From Hyperthermus butylicus DSM 5456 (GTDB lineage: Archaea > Thermoproteota > Thermoprotei_A > Sulfolobales > Pyrodictiaceae), in NCBI RefSeq assembly GCF_000015145.1, contig NC_008818.1, forward strand, positions 1,620,001 through 1,652,000: a stretch of 32,000 nt of DNA, written 5' to 3'. This document shows positions 1-9,215 of the stretch, in pieces. Both the position numbers and the translations under genes were made by a program. Under the pieces are notes generated by a model. The model saw nothing but the letters and a program-made list of their open reading frames with translations, was not told the origin of the DNA and did no database searches. How positions within the stretch are numbered: position 1 is the stretch's first letter; the number at the start of each line of letters is the position of its first letter.

Positions 1-180
1 ATTCTACAACCTACTCTCCGAAACAAGGCTCACTTCTCTATACTCTTGGCTGGCGCCGGTAGGCCTGGCATATGGCGGCGTGATATTTCGCAGGTAACTA
101 TCGGAGAACCGTTAATCGTTGTTCGGAAGTGTAGGTTGGGGTCTAGCGTTAGGGTTATGGGAGTTTGTTGTATTTTGGAT

Positions 181-513
181 ATGGCGGAGATATTGTGGTG
201 GATTGGTTTGACTAGCTTGCTGCATAGGGTGTCTAAGGTACTTGGTGTTGAGGCTGGTGTTTTGGAGAGGGAGGCTCTGTATCGATACATTTTATCCGAG
301 CTTAGGCGTGTTAGGTTAGAGGCTAAGCTCATTATGGCTCGGTATGGCGTGTCAAGTATAGAGGAGTTGGACGAGAGGATTAGACGGGGTGAACTGGAGG
401 AAACAGAGGTCTTTGAGGATCTTACCCGCCTTGATTACCTGCTTGACCGGGAAGAGAGGTTGAAGAGGCTTTTGGAAGAGCTAAGGGGTTGGGGGAGTGG
501 GAGAACGCGGTAA
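181..513 (+). CDS. Small charged helical protein directly upstream of a TumE-like protein; candidate antitoxin partner (ORF open from 46, real start probably internal)
   Basis: ORF 46..513. The region from the ATG at 181 or from LEREALYRYILSELRRVRLEAKLIMARYGVSSIEELDERIRRGELEE onward is a charged helical protein of the size and composition of archaeal partners of DUF6516 proteins. It overlaps the next ORF by 17 nt. Confidence 0.5.
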   Translation: MAEILWWIGLTSLLHRVSKVLGVEAGVLEREALYRYILSELRRVRLEAKLIMARYGVSSIEELDERIRRGELEETEVFEDLTRLDYLLDREERLKRLLEELRGWGSGRTR

Positions 514-879
514 TGTAGACGAAATACTTGAGAGGCTTAGGGAGTTTGCTGCTAATTTGTATCCTGAGGTGGTTGTAGACGTAGAAATAGTGTATGGTAA
601 GCTAAGAATATACCTTATCGACGAGAGTTTCATCGATGTATGGATTTCACGAAGACTACCTAATAGATATGCTATACATTGGAAGAGACGTCATATAGAT
701 GGCACTATATACCGATGGGATAATACGCCGCATGAAATAAATAGGCACATACCGACATTTCCTCATCACTTCCATGAGGGGAACGACCGCGTGGTAAACC
801 TTTCTATTACCCTGAAAGTATTGAAGACGCGCTTAAGAAGGCTTTAGAATACGTAAAGAAGAGGATTGGACAACAATAG
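497..879 (+). pseudogene. TumE/DUF6516-like toxin family protein, frame-disrupted (ORF stops at 847; conserved C-terminus continues in another frame to the stop at 877..879)
   Basis: Motifs YAIHWKRRHIDGTIYRWDNTPHEINRHIPTFPHHFHEG are typical of DUF6516/TumE. After HFHEGNDRVV the -1 frame reads KPFYYPESIEDALKKALEYVKKRIGQQ*. Confidence 0.6.
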
Positions 880-1395
880 CAGGGTAAAACTAAAAACTAG
901 ATTGAAAGAGTGCCTATCACTAATAGACTTACCTTTGAGGGTTCAGGGGTAACTCCTGGATGGCGGCAGCCGATTAGTAAGATAATAATCATGTAGCTGT
1001 GGTATGGCAACGGCCGATAATGTTGGAGCCGCAATATACTGTGGCAGAGTGTTTCATTGTCTGGGAAGGCTGGAGCGGGGGTGCTGCGTAGAGGGGAGCC
1101 GCCAAAATCTCGATTATGCGCCCATCACGTAAGTGGATTGTGGTGTCTAGAGTTCTTCCAGTTAGGGTTGCGAGAATACCAGCCGGGACAATAGAGGAAG
1201 AGTAAGAGGTAGCGGATAGAATTACTGTCCTGCTCTATGATTTACTGATCAGTATGTTTACATAGTGCCTCATTCTTGCTGTACTTGTCATTGTTGTAGG
1301 TTTTAGCACGTCTGCCTCTTGTGTGTTGCCTTGGCTGGATAGCACTCTTTATCCTGTTGCTGGTAGCTGCTGTGGTGCTTGGGGTTGGGTTTTCT

Positions 1396-3461
1396 TGTTG
1401 CGTGTCGGTATCGATGTTGGGGGCACCTTTACCGACATTGTCGTGTTTGATGAGGAGTCGGGGAGGCTTGTTGCTGGCAAGGTTTTGACGGTGCCTCGTG
1501 AACCTTGGCGTGGTGTTTTGGGGGCCTTTGATGCTCTTGGTGTTAGGGTTTCGGATGTCGGAGTGTTTGTTCACGCTACCACGCTTGGCACTAACATGTT
1601 TCTAGGCCAGGTTGGTATTGAGCCGCCTGTCGCTGTGCTCATTACTAATGCTGGGTTCCGCGACGTTATCGAGATTGGCCGTCAGAATAGGGCTGAGCTT
1701 TACAACCTGTTCTTCGAGAAGCCCCAGCCGTTGGTGCCGAGGTCTAGGAGGTTTGGTGTCAGGGGCAGGGTTAGCGCCCGGGGAGAGGAGCTGGAGCCGC
1801 TGGATGTAGGGGCTGTTAGGCGTATTGCTCGCGAGTGGTGTGGCCGTGCGAAAGTGTTTATCATCTCCTTCCTACACTGCTACGCCAACGATGCGCATGA
1901 GAGGCTTGCGGCGAGGGTCGTCCGCGAAGAGTGTCCCGGCGCCGAAGTTGTTACCGGCTGTGAGGTTGACCCGGAGCCTGGCGAGTTCGAGCGCACTAGC
2001 ACAGCTGTTGTCAATGGTCTTCTCCGCCCCATATTGTCTAGGTATCTTTCGAAGCTCGCGAGGGAGATGGAGCAGCGGGGGTTTCGGGGCAGGTTTCTAG
2101 TAATGCAGAGTAGCGGAGGCGTAGCATCGCTAGAGTATGCTGTGAGGTTTCCGGCAGCATTTATCGAGAGTGGCCCTGCAGCAGGTGTTGTTGCTACAGC
2201 ATACTTTGCCGAGGCTATGGGTATAAGGTATGCGTTGAGCTTTGATATGGGTGGTACTACTGCTAAGGCTGCAGCAATCGTTAACGGCGAGCCAATCGTA
2301 GCCGACATGTACGAGGTTGGCGGCAAGGTCCACATGGGCCGTGTACTGCGGGGATCCGGGTACCCTGTAAGGTACCCCTTCATAGACATCGCAGAGGTTA
2401 GCGCGGGAGGAGGCACTATAGCATGGGTGGATGCCGGGGGCGCCCTCCGCGTCGGGCCGATTAGTGCTGGCGCTGACCCCGGCCCCGCATGTTACGGGCG
2501 TGGAGGCCGCGAGCCAACAGTTACCGATGCCAACCTCGTGCTGGGCCGTCTACCCGAAGTGCTGGCAGGCGGCCGTGTACGTCTTCACCGCAACCTAGCC
2601 AAGGAAGCCCTAGAGAAGCTTGCCAAGGCTGTAGGAATGGATACCGTGGAAGCCGCCTTAGCCGTCATACGCATAGCTGACACCGTTATGGCACGCGCGC
2701 TCCGCCTTGTCAGCATAGAGAAAGGCTATGACCCTAGGATGTTCACACTATTCGCCTTCGGGGGTGCTGGGCCCCTCCACGCTGTAAGCCTCGCTAGGGA
2801 GCTCGGCGTGCCACGGGTCGTTGTGCCGCCCTATACAGGTGTGTTCTCCGCACTGGGGCTACTGCTTACCGACTACCGCCACGATCTACGGAGACCAGTT
2901 GTCCGCCGAGCCGACGAGCTCGAAGAGGAGCAACTAAATAAGGTTTTCGATGAGCTGGCAGATGAAGCTAAACGGATACTAGCATCGGAGGGCGTGCCAG
3001 AGGAGCGAGTTAGGCTTACGAGGCTTCTCGAAGCACGCTACGAGGGACAGGCATACTCGCTAACCATCCCCTACCACGGCTCGCTCAGTGAGGCCGTAAA
3101 CGAGTTCCACAAGCTACACGCTGCGAGGTATGGTTACAGCATGCCAGAACACCCCGTGGTCATTGTCTCGGCTAGACTTGTAGCTATAGGAGTCACGCCA
3201 AAACCCCGCCTACCACGCAGTAAACCGCTACGACATACACCGGAGCCCGTAGGGTACCGGGAGGTCTACTTCAAGGATGATGGGTGGACCCGTACCCCCA
3301 TCTATCGCAGAGACAGGTTGAAGCCCGGAGCTGTGCTTAAGGGCCCTGCAGTTATAGAGTCTGATGATAGCACCATACTAATTCCACCAGACAGTGTTGG
3401 CACAGTAGACGAGCACCATTCCATAGTTATTAGCGTTGGGGGTGGCAGTGTTGAAGCTTGA
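1396..3461 (+). CDS. hyuA: Hydantoinase/oxoprolinase family protein, subunit A (HyuA-like); ORF open from 1323, real start probably near RVGIDVGGTFTDIVVFDE
   Basis: RVGIDVGGTFTDIVVFDEESG N-terminal actin-like motif, FDMGGTTAKAA, SAGGGTIAW, GPISAGADPGPACYGRGG, FGGAGPLHA: hallmark HyuA motifs. Start coordinate approximate. Confidence 0.92.
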
Positions 3462-5118
3462 CACTGCTACCGTTGAAGTTATTAGGAATGCTTCGATATA
3501 CATTGCCGAGGAGATGGGTGTTGTGCTGAGGAATACAGCGCTAAGCCCCAACATACGCGACCGTCTAGACCATTCATGCGCCATACTCGACGCTGAAGGC
3601 AATCTTGTAGCGCAAGCCGAGCACATACCAGTACATCTCGGCAGCATGTCGGTTGCAGCAAGGAATATCGTCGAGTGGCTCGAACGCAACGGTGTCACAC
3701 TCGACGAGGGCGATGTAGTAGTCTCCAACGACCCATACATAGTCGGCACACATTTGAACGACTTGATGCTCCTCAAGCCAGTCTACGCTGAAGGCAGGCT
3801 ACTGGGCTACGTGGCTGCTAAGGCCCACCACGTCGATATCGGGGGAGGTGTACCCGGGAGCCTAAGCCCAAATGCGAAGAGCCTCATAGAAGAGGGGCTT
3901 GTCATACCCCCCGTCAAGCTCGTGGTGAGGGGCGAGCTTAGGAGGGATATCCTGCGTCTCCTCGAGGCTAACGTGCGTACCCCACGGTATCTCCGCGGCG
4001 ACCTCCTTGCCCAGATTGCAGCTGTCAACGTGGGGGAGCGAAGGCTCAGGGAACTAGTAGACCGGTATGGCGCCAGTATCGTGATGGAGGCGTGGAAGAG
4101 GACGCTGGACTATACGGAGAGGTATGCAAGGAACCGTATACGAGCCCTTGTAGAGAAATATGGCGTTTATGGCAAGGTGTTTACCGCCGAGGACTACCTG
4201 GAGCTGGGGAGCGGTCCCGCGCGGATAAGGGTCTCGATACTGTTTAGTGGTGGCAGCATAACCGTGGATTTTGCTGGCTCGAACCGCCAAGTTGATGAAC
4301 CGTTTAACGCAGTATATGGGGTAACTGTTGCAGCTACAACGTTCGCACTGAAGGCCGTTATTGACCCGGAAATGCCTATGAATCAAGGGTTTTACCGTGT
4401 TGTAAACATAGCTGCGCCTAGGGGGACTATAGTTAACCCGGAGCCGCCAGCGCCGGTTGGAGGTGGCAATGTTGAGACCTCGCAGAGGATTGTAGATGTT
4501 GTGTTGAGGGCTCTCGCGGATGCTTTCCCGGACCGGGTGCCCGCGGCAAGCTGTGGCACCATGACTAACGTGGCTCTCGGTGGTAGGGGATGGGCTTTCT
4601 ACGAGACTGTGGGATGCGGTAGCGGCGCTAGACCATGCTGCGATGGAGTTGACGGCGTACACACCAACATGACTAACACTCTTAACACACCGATAGAGGT
4701 TGCTGAGGCTGAGTACCCGATACTCTTCCTAGCTTACGAGCTTCGCCCCAACTCAGGCGGATCCGGCAAGTATAGGGGCGGCCTTGGGATTATACGGGCA
4801 TTTACAGTGCTCGAGGACGGTGTTAAGCTTAGCATCATAGGTGAACGTGTTAGGCTTAGGCCTTGGGGGCTTCGGGGCGGAGGCAAAGGCGCCCCCGCGA
4901 GGTTTATCATTGTACGGCGTGATGGACGTGTAGAGCTGTTGGAGTCTAAGGCTAGTGTTGAGCTGCATAGAGGCGATCGTGTCTACATAGCTACGCCAGG
5001 CGGAGGCGGCTATGGCGACTCTTGCAGCCGTGACCGCGAGCTAGTTAGGCGTGATCTCGAGGACGGCAAGATAACCCAGTGGCACGCCAGGAGGTACTAT
5101 TGCTACGAGACTGAGTAG
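3451..5118 (+). CDS. hyuB: Hydantoinase/oxoprolinase family protein, subunit B (HyuB-like); ORF open from 3436, exact start uncertain
   Basis: RDRLDHSCAILDAEGNLVAQAEHIPVHLGSM, GDVVVSNDPYIVGTHLNDLMLLKPV, TPGGGGYG: hallmark HyuB motifs. Coupled to hyuA. Confidence 0.92.
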   Translation: MKLDTATVEVIRNASIYIAEEMGVVLRNTALSPNIRDRLDHSCAILDAEGNLVAQAEHIPVHLGSMSVAARNIVEWLERNGVTLDEGDVVVSNDPYIVGTHLNDLMLLKPVYAEGRLLGYVAAKAHHVDIGGGVPGSLSPNAKSLIEEGLVIPPVKLVVRGELRRDILRLLEANVRTPRYLRGDLLAQIAAVNVGERRLRELVDRYGASIVMEAWKRTLDYTERYARNRIRALVEKYGVYGKVFTAEDYLELGSGPARIRVSILFSGGSITVDFAGSNRQVDEPFNAVYGVTVAATTFALKAVIDPEMPMNQGFYRVVNIAAPRGTIVNPEPPAPVGGGNVETSQRIVDVVLRALADAFPDRVPAASCGTMTNVALGGRGWAFYETVGCGSGARPCCDGVDGVHTNMTNTLNTPIEVAEAEYPILFLAYELRPNSGGSGKYRGGLGIIRAFTVLEDGVKLSIIGERVRLRPWGLRGGGKGAPARFIIVRRDGRVELLESKASVELHRGDRVYIATPGGGGYGDSCSRDRELVRRDLEDGKITQWHARRYYCYETE

Positions 5119-5569
5119 ACCATGGCTGAAAGATTCGCCCGAGCAACCCCCACTGGCTACATCTTACTGCTATAACACACGTTTTAGCTGCTACCATGTC
5201 TTGCCACCGCTCGAGACTATGGGGAGGCATCGTCGCAGCAATTTTATTTAACACTTCACGCCGTCCAGCAAGCTCGTCAACAAGGGACCCTGCCCCTCAC
5301 GAGGCATCCAGACATCTAGCCTCTCGCTCCTACAAGTTGCAACCCCATTATTCACACACAACATGCATGATAGTATTGTGTTATTCTCTCGTCGGGCTGG
5401 CCTTTCACTACCAACCTACTCTTCATCATGCTTTAGAGAAGCTTGACCTCTGAGGCGTATACCCGGCTATGCTAAATACATGGAGCATACACTGACGATA
5501 AGCCTATCCTGCGCCATCCCGCTGAGGCTGCACACATGTTGAGGATGCATAGTGGGAGAGGCTAACGCA

Positions 5570-5604
5570 GCATATATATCTAGCTAGGGCAACACTATAT
5601 AGAT
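5570..5604 (+). promoter_or_regulatory. Possible TATA-like archaeal promoter elements upstream of iorA
   Basis: AT-rich boxes catatatatc and aacactatatagatgg stand out in the GC-rich 5119-5674 intergenic region, 70-105 nt upstream of the iorA ORF. Confidence 0.3.
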
Positions 5605-5674
5605 GGATATGGGTGTTTTGCTTGTACACCTCACTTATTACACCGACTTGTAATACCACCCTAGAACACTAACA

Positions 5675-7645
5675 GTGGGGTGCCAAAGGTTGGCCTATGA
5701 GGAGGTTTTAGCACCAGCTGGTAGCAAGGTCCTAATGCTCGGCAACGCGGCCATTGCGCGTGGCTTCCTGGAGGCTGGTGTACAGTTTGCAGCAGCATAC
5801 CCCGGCACACCCAGCACGGAAATTGTTGAGGCGCTCTCCGCTGCTGCCCGCATGCTCGGCGGTAAGCCCTACGTCGAGTGGAGTGTTAACGAGAAGGTCG
5901 CCCTCGAGGCTGCTCTTGGTGCAGCAATAAGCGGCGCGCGGGCCATCACTGCAATGAAGCATGTAGGGCTAAATGTTGCTGCAGACCCCTTCTTCAGCAG
6001 CGCCTATATTGGTGTAAGGGGCGCCTTCGTTGTAGTATCAGCCGACGATCCATGGATGCATAGCAGCCAAAACGAGCAGGATAACCGATGGTATGGCCTC
6101 CACGCCTATATACCGGTCGTGGAGCCCACAGGGCCCCAGGACGCGAAGGAGGCTGCAAAACTGGCGCTAAAATATAGCGAGAAGTATAGGAGACCATTCC
6201 TTCTAAGAACCACTACACGCATAGCACATACGAGGATACCAGTAGAAACCGACGAGATACCGGTCAATGAGCTTGAGCCACAAGGCGTCTTTGAGAAGAA
6301 CCCCGCCAAGTGGACCCTTGTGCCGCAGCATGCACGCCGGATGCGCATCGAGCTTCTAGACTTCTGGGACCGTGTTAGGAGGGAGCTGGCAGACTTCCCG
6401 CTGAACAGTGTAGAGTATGGCGGAGCCATAGCTGTTGTTGGCGCTGGTCTAGGCTATCGTTACGCTAGGGAAGCAGTAAAGCTGCTCGGCCTAGAGAGCG
6501 AGGTAACCCTCTTCAAGCTCGCAACTACTGTACCGCTTCCAGAGCCCATAGCAGACAAGATACTGGAACATGAGACCATTATAGTGGTAGAAGAGGGCGA
6601 TCCCGTTGTAGAGATCCAGCTAAAGACCACTGCGCAAGAGAGAGGTGCAAAGGCGAGAATCCTCGGCAAACACGGTAAAGACACACTGTTAAGAAGGTAT
6701 GGCGAGCTAACACTAGACATGGTCGCCGACGCCCTCGCAAAGGTGACAGATAGGGAGCCACCCGCGTGGGCTGTCGAGAAACCCGAACCTCCCAGAACGA
6801 AGATACCGCCACGCCCACCGGTACTATGCCCCGGCTGCCCACACCGCAGCCTCTTCTACGCTCTCCGCAGGGCTGTGAACAAGCTGAGGATAAAACCGGT
6901 CTATAGTGGCGACATAGGCTGCTACAGCCTTGGTGTACTACCGCCATTCGAGATGCAGGACACCATAATCTGTATGGGTGCGAGTATAGGTGCTGCTAAT
7001 GGCATGGTCCACGTGCTAAAAGATCCCAATTCTGTACTAATAGCGATTATAGGCGACTCGACATTCTACCATGCAGGTATACCACCACTCATTAACGCAG
7101 TATACAACAATGCCCCAATGCTAGTTGTAGTCCTCGACAACAGAACCACCGCTATGACCGGGCACCAGCCACATCCAGGCGTAGGCATTAGCGCTCTCGG
7201 AACACCAGCCACAGAGATACCTATAGAAGAGGTGGCCCGTGGTGTTGGTGTCGAAAAAATCCTCGTAGCAGACGCATTCAATATACGCGATGCAGAACAG
7301 AAGCTTGTTGAGGCGCTAAAATACGTGATTGAGAAGAGGAAGCCTGCAGTAGTAGTGTCAAGGGGTGCTTGTATCCTGCTAGCCCTAAGCGTTGCACGTA
7401 GAGCCAAGGTAAAGCCACCAGTCTACTATGTCGACGAGGAGAAGTGTACTGCATGCGGCATCTGCTACACAGCATTCAACTGCCCAGCGATTCGGAGGAG
7501 GCCAGACGGCAAAGCCATGGTTGACCCAGCACTCTGTACAGGCTGCGGTGTATGTGCACAAGTATGCCCGTTTGGCGCGTTTAAACCGAGCCAACCACCG
7601 AGCGAGGAGTGGCTCAAGATAATGCGCACAGCCAAGCCCGCATAA
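5675..7645 (+). CDS. iorA: Indolepyruvate ferredoxin oxidoreductase, alpha subunit
   Basis: LMLGNAAIARGFLEAGVQFAAAYPGTPSTEI, GDIGCYSLGVLPPFEMQDTIICMGASIG (TPP site), and C-terminal 2x[4Fe-4S] ferredoxin domain CTACGICYTAFNCP / CTGCGVCAQVCPFGAF. Confidence 0.95.
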   Translation: MGCQRLAYEEVLAPAGSKVLMLGNAAIARGFLEAGVQFAAAYPGTPSTEIVEALSAAARMLGGKPYVEWSVNEKVALEAALGAAISGARAITAMKHVGLNVAADPFFSSAYIGVRGAFVVVSADDPWMHSSQNEQDNRWYGLHAYIPVVEPTGPQDAKEAAKLALKYSEKYRRPFLLRTTTRIAHTRIPVETDEIPVNELEPQGVFEKNPAKWTLVPQHARRMRIELLDFWDRVRRELADFPLNSVEYGGAIAVVGAGLGYRYAREAVKLLGLESEVTLFKLATTVPLPEPIADKILEHETIIVVEEGDPVVEIQLKTTAQERGAKARILGKHGKDTLLRRYGELTLDMVADALAKVTDREPPAWAVEKPEPPRTKIPPRPPVLCPGCPHRSLFYALRRAVNKLRIKPVYSGDIGCYSLGVLPPFEMQDTIICMGASIGAANGMVHVLKDPNSVLIAIIGDSTFYHAGIPPLINAVYNNAPMLVVVLDNRTTAMTGHQPHPGVGISALGTPATEIPIEEVARGVGVEKILVADAFNIRDAEQKLVEALKYVIEKRKPAVVVSRGACILLALSVARRAKVKPPVYYVDEEKCTACGICYTAFNCPAIRRRPDGKAMVDPALCTGCGVCAQVCPFGAFKPSQPPSEEWLKIMRTAKPA

Positions 7646-7667
7646 AAAACCATGGGGTGGATGAATC

Positions 7668-8267
7668 ATGAATCAAGCCCCAAAGACACTGAACATCGTT
7701 ATTGTAGGGGTTGGAGGCCAGGGTCTGCTAACTCTATCTACGATAATAGCTAACGCAGCTCTAAGCAGGGGCCTACCAGCACTAGTCTCTGAAACTCACG
7801 GCCTTAGCCAGAGAGGTGGCACAGTAATAGTACACGTACGCCTAGGCGAAGCTGACGCACCCCTCATACCGGAGGGTGCTGGAGATGTACTGCTAAGCAT
7901 GGAACTCATAGAAGCTATCCGCTACCTACCCTACCTCTCCAGGAATGGCGTGGCAGTAGTCAACGACTATATGATACCGCCACCGCTCCCCAAAGTAGAG
8001 GTTCCAACGAGAGACGAAATCCTAGACGAGCTTCGTGAGAGAAGCCGTAAACTCATAGTGGTACCTGCAACCGAGATAGCGCTGAAGCTTGGAGATGTAA
8101 GAGTAGCCAACATGGCTCTCCTCGGTGCAGCCCTAGAAGCAGGGGTCTTCCAGGGCACCATAGGCTTCGACGACATTGAGAAAGCTATAAGACGAGCATT
8201 TCCACGAGCAGCCGAGATAAACATTAGAGCCCTACACGAAGGCGCTAAGGCAGCCAAAACACTGTAA
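7668..8267 (+). CDS. iorB: Indolepyruvate ferredoxin oxidoreductase, beta subunit
   Basis: NIVIVGVGGQGLLTLSTIIANAALSRGLPALVSETHGLSQRGGTVIVHVRLG; immediately follows iorA. Confidence 0.93.
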   Translation: MNQAPKTLNIVIVGVGGQGLLTLSTIIANAALSRGLPALVSETHGLSQRGGTVIVHVRLGEADAPLIPEGAGDVLLSMELIEAIRYLPYLSRNGVAVVNDYMIPPPLPKVEVPTRDEILDELRERSRKLIVVPATEIALKLGDVRVANMALLGAALEAGVFQGTIGFDDIEKAIRRAFPRAAEINIRALHEGAKAAKTL

Positions 8268-8394
8268 CCCCACATTTTTACCCATATCCTCGACCATCCC
8301 ATGCTTCAGCTCCATTCCCCGCTACAGATTAACTTGTCAGAGTAACTCTTTACACCTGGCTCTCCAAGCCTCCTTGCCCTGGAGAGGGGGGACT

Positions 8395-9180
8395 ATGCCC
8401 TTCAACATTACAGGTATGAAGGTGCTCGTAACAGCTTCTACCCGTGGCATAGGCCGCGGCGTCGCCGAGGTCCTCCTCGAGGAAGGAGCTCACGTTGTAA
8501 TTAATGGCCGCACCAGGGAGAGCGTGGAGAAGGCTCTTGAGGCGCTCCGTGGTAAGGGTAGGGTTTACGGTATTGCCGCCGATCTCTCGGTCAGAGAGGA
8601 CGTTGAGAGGCTTGTAAAGGAGGCTGCAAGGCTGATGGGTGGCCTAGATGCTGTTGTGTACATTGCTGGGCCGCCACGGCCCGGGAAGTTTGAACAGCTA
8701 GGTCTAGAGGATTGGGAGCTTGCTGCTAGGCTACTTGCCCTAAGCGCTGTCTGGATAGCCTACTACTCTCTACCCTACCTCAAGGAGAGCAAAAACCCAT
8801 CGATGGTCTACTTGACCAGTGTTGCCACGAGGGAGCCCCTGGAGGACCTTGCACTCTCAAACACTATGCGTATTGCTGTCCATGGACTCGTGAGAACTCT
8901 CGCAAGAGAGCTTGGAAAGTACGGTATCAGGGTTAACGCGGTAATGCCGGGCTACATTCTCACCGACCGAATTAGGCAGATAGCTGAGAAGAGAGCAAAG
9001 GAGAGAGGTGTACCTGTCGAGCAGATATACCAGGAGATGGCGAGCACCATACCTCTCGGCAGAATCGGCGAGCCTCGAGAGGTCGGCTATCTCATAGCAT
9101 TCCTCATAAGCCCCTACGCCTCCTACATTAACGGTGCCTCCATACCAATCGATGGCGGCTATCTACGCTCGGTATTCTAG
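8395..9180 (+). CDS. SDR family NAD(P)-dependent oxidoreductase
   Basis: TASTRGIGRGVAEVLLEEGAHVVINGR, YLTSVATREPL, NAVMPGYILTDRI, SPYASYINGASIPIDGG. ATG at 8395 follows a ggagagggggg ribosome-binding-like stretch; ORF open from 8374. Confidence 0.88.
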   Translation: MPFNITGMKVLVTASTRGIGRGVAEVLLEEGAHVVINGRTRESVEKALEALRGKGRVYGIAADLSVREDVERLVKEAARLMGGLDAVVYIAGPPRPGKFEQLGLEDWELAARLLALSAVWIAYYSLPYLKESKNPSMVYLTSVATREPLEDLALSNTMRIAVHGLVRTLARELGKYGIRVNAVMPGYILTDRIRQIAEKRAKERGVPVEQIYQEMASTIPLGRIGEPREVGYLIAFLISPYASYINGASIPIDGGYLRSVF

Positions 9181-9215
9181 CAGCCCTCCCCGGAACACCC
9201 TAGGGAGAACAAGCC

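Noticed and set aside
1242-1574. 110-aa minus-strand ORF overlapping the hyuA start
   Set aside because: Low-complexity Thr/Asn/Arg-rich translation antisense to the strong HyuA N-terminus; no protein-like motif.
1880-2416. 178-aa minus-strand ORF inside hyuA
   Set aside because: Antisense shadow ORF within strongly conserved HyuA coding sequence.
5196-5453. 85-aa + ORF in the hyuB-iorA intergenic region
   Set aside because: Composition (SSSTRDPAPHEASRHLASRSYKLQPHYSH) looks random and there is no supporting context; treated as noncoding.
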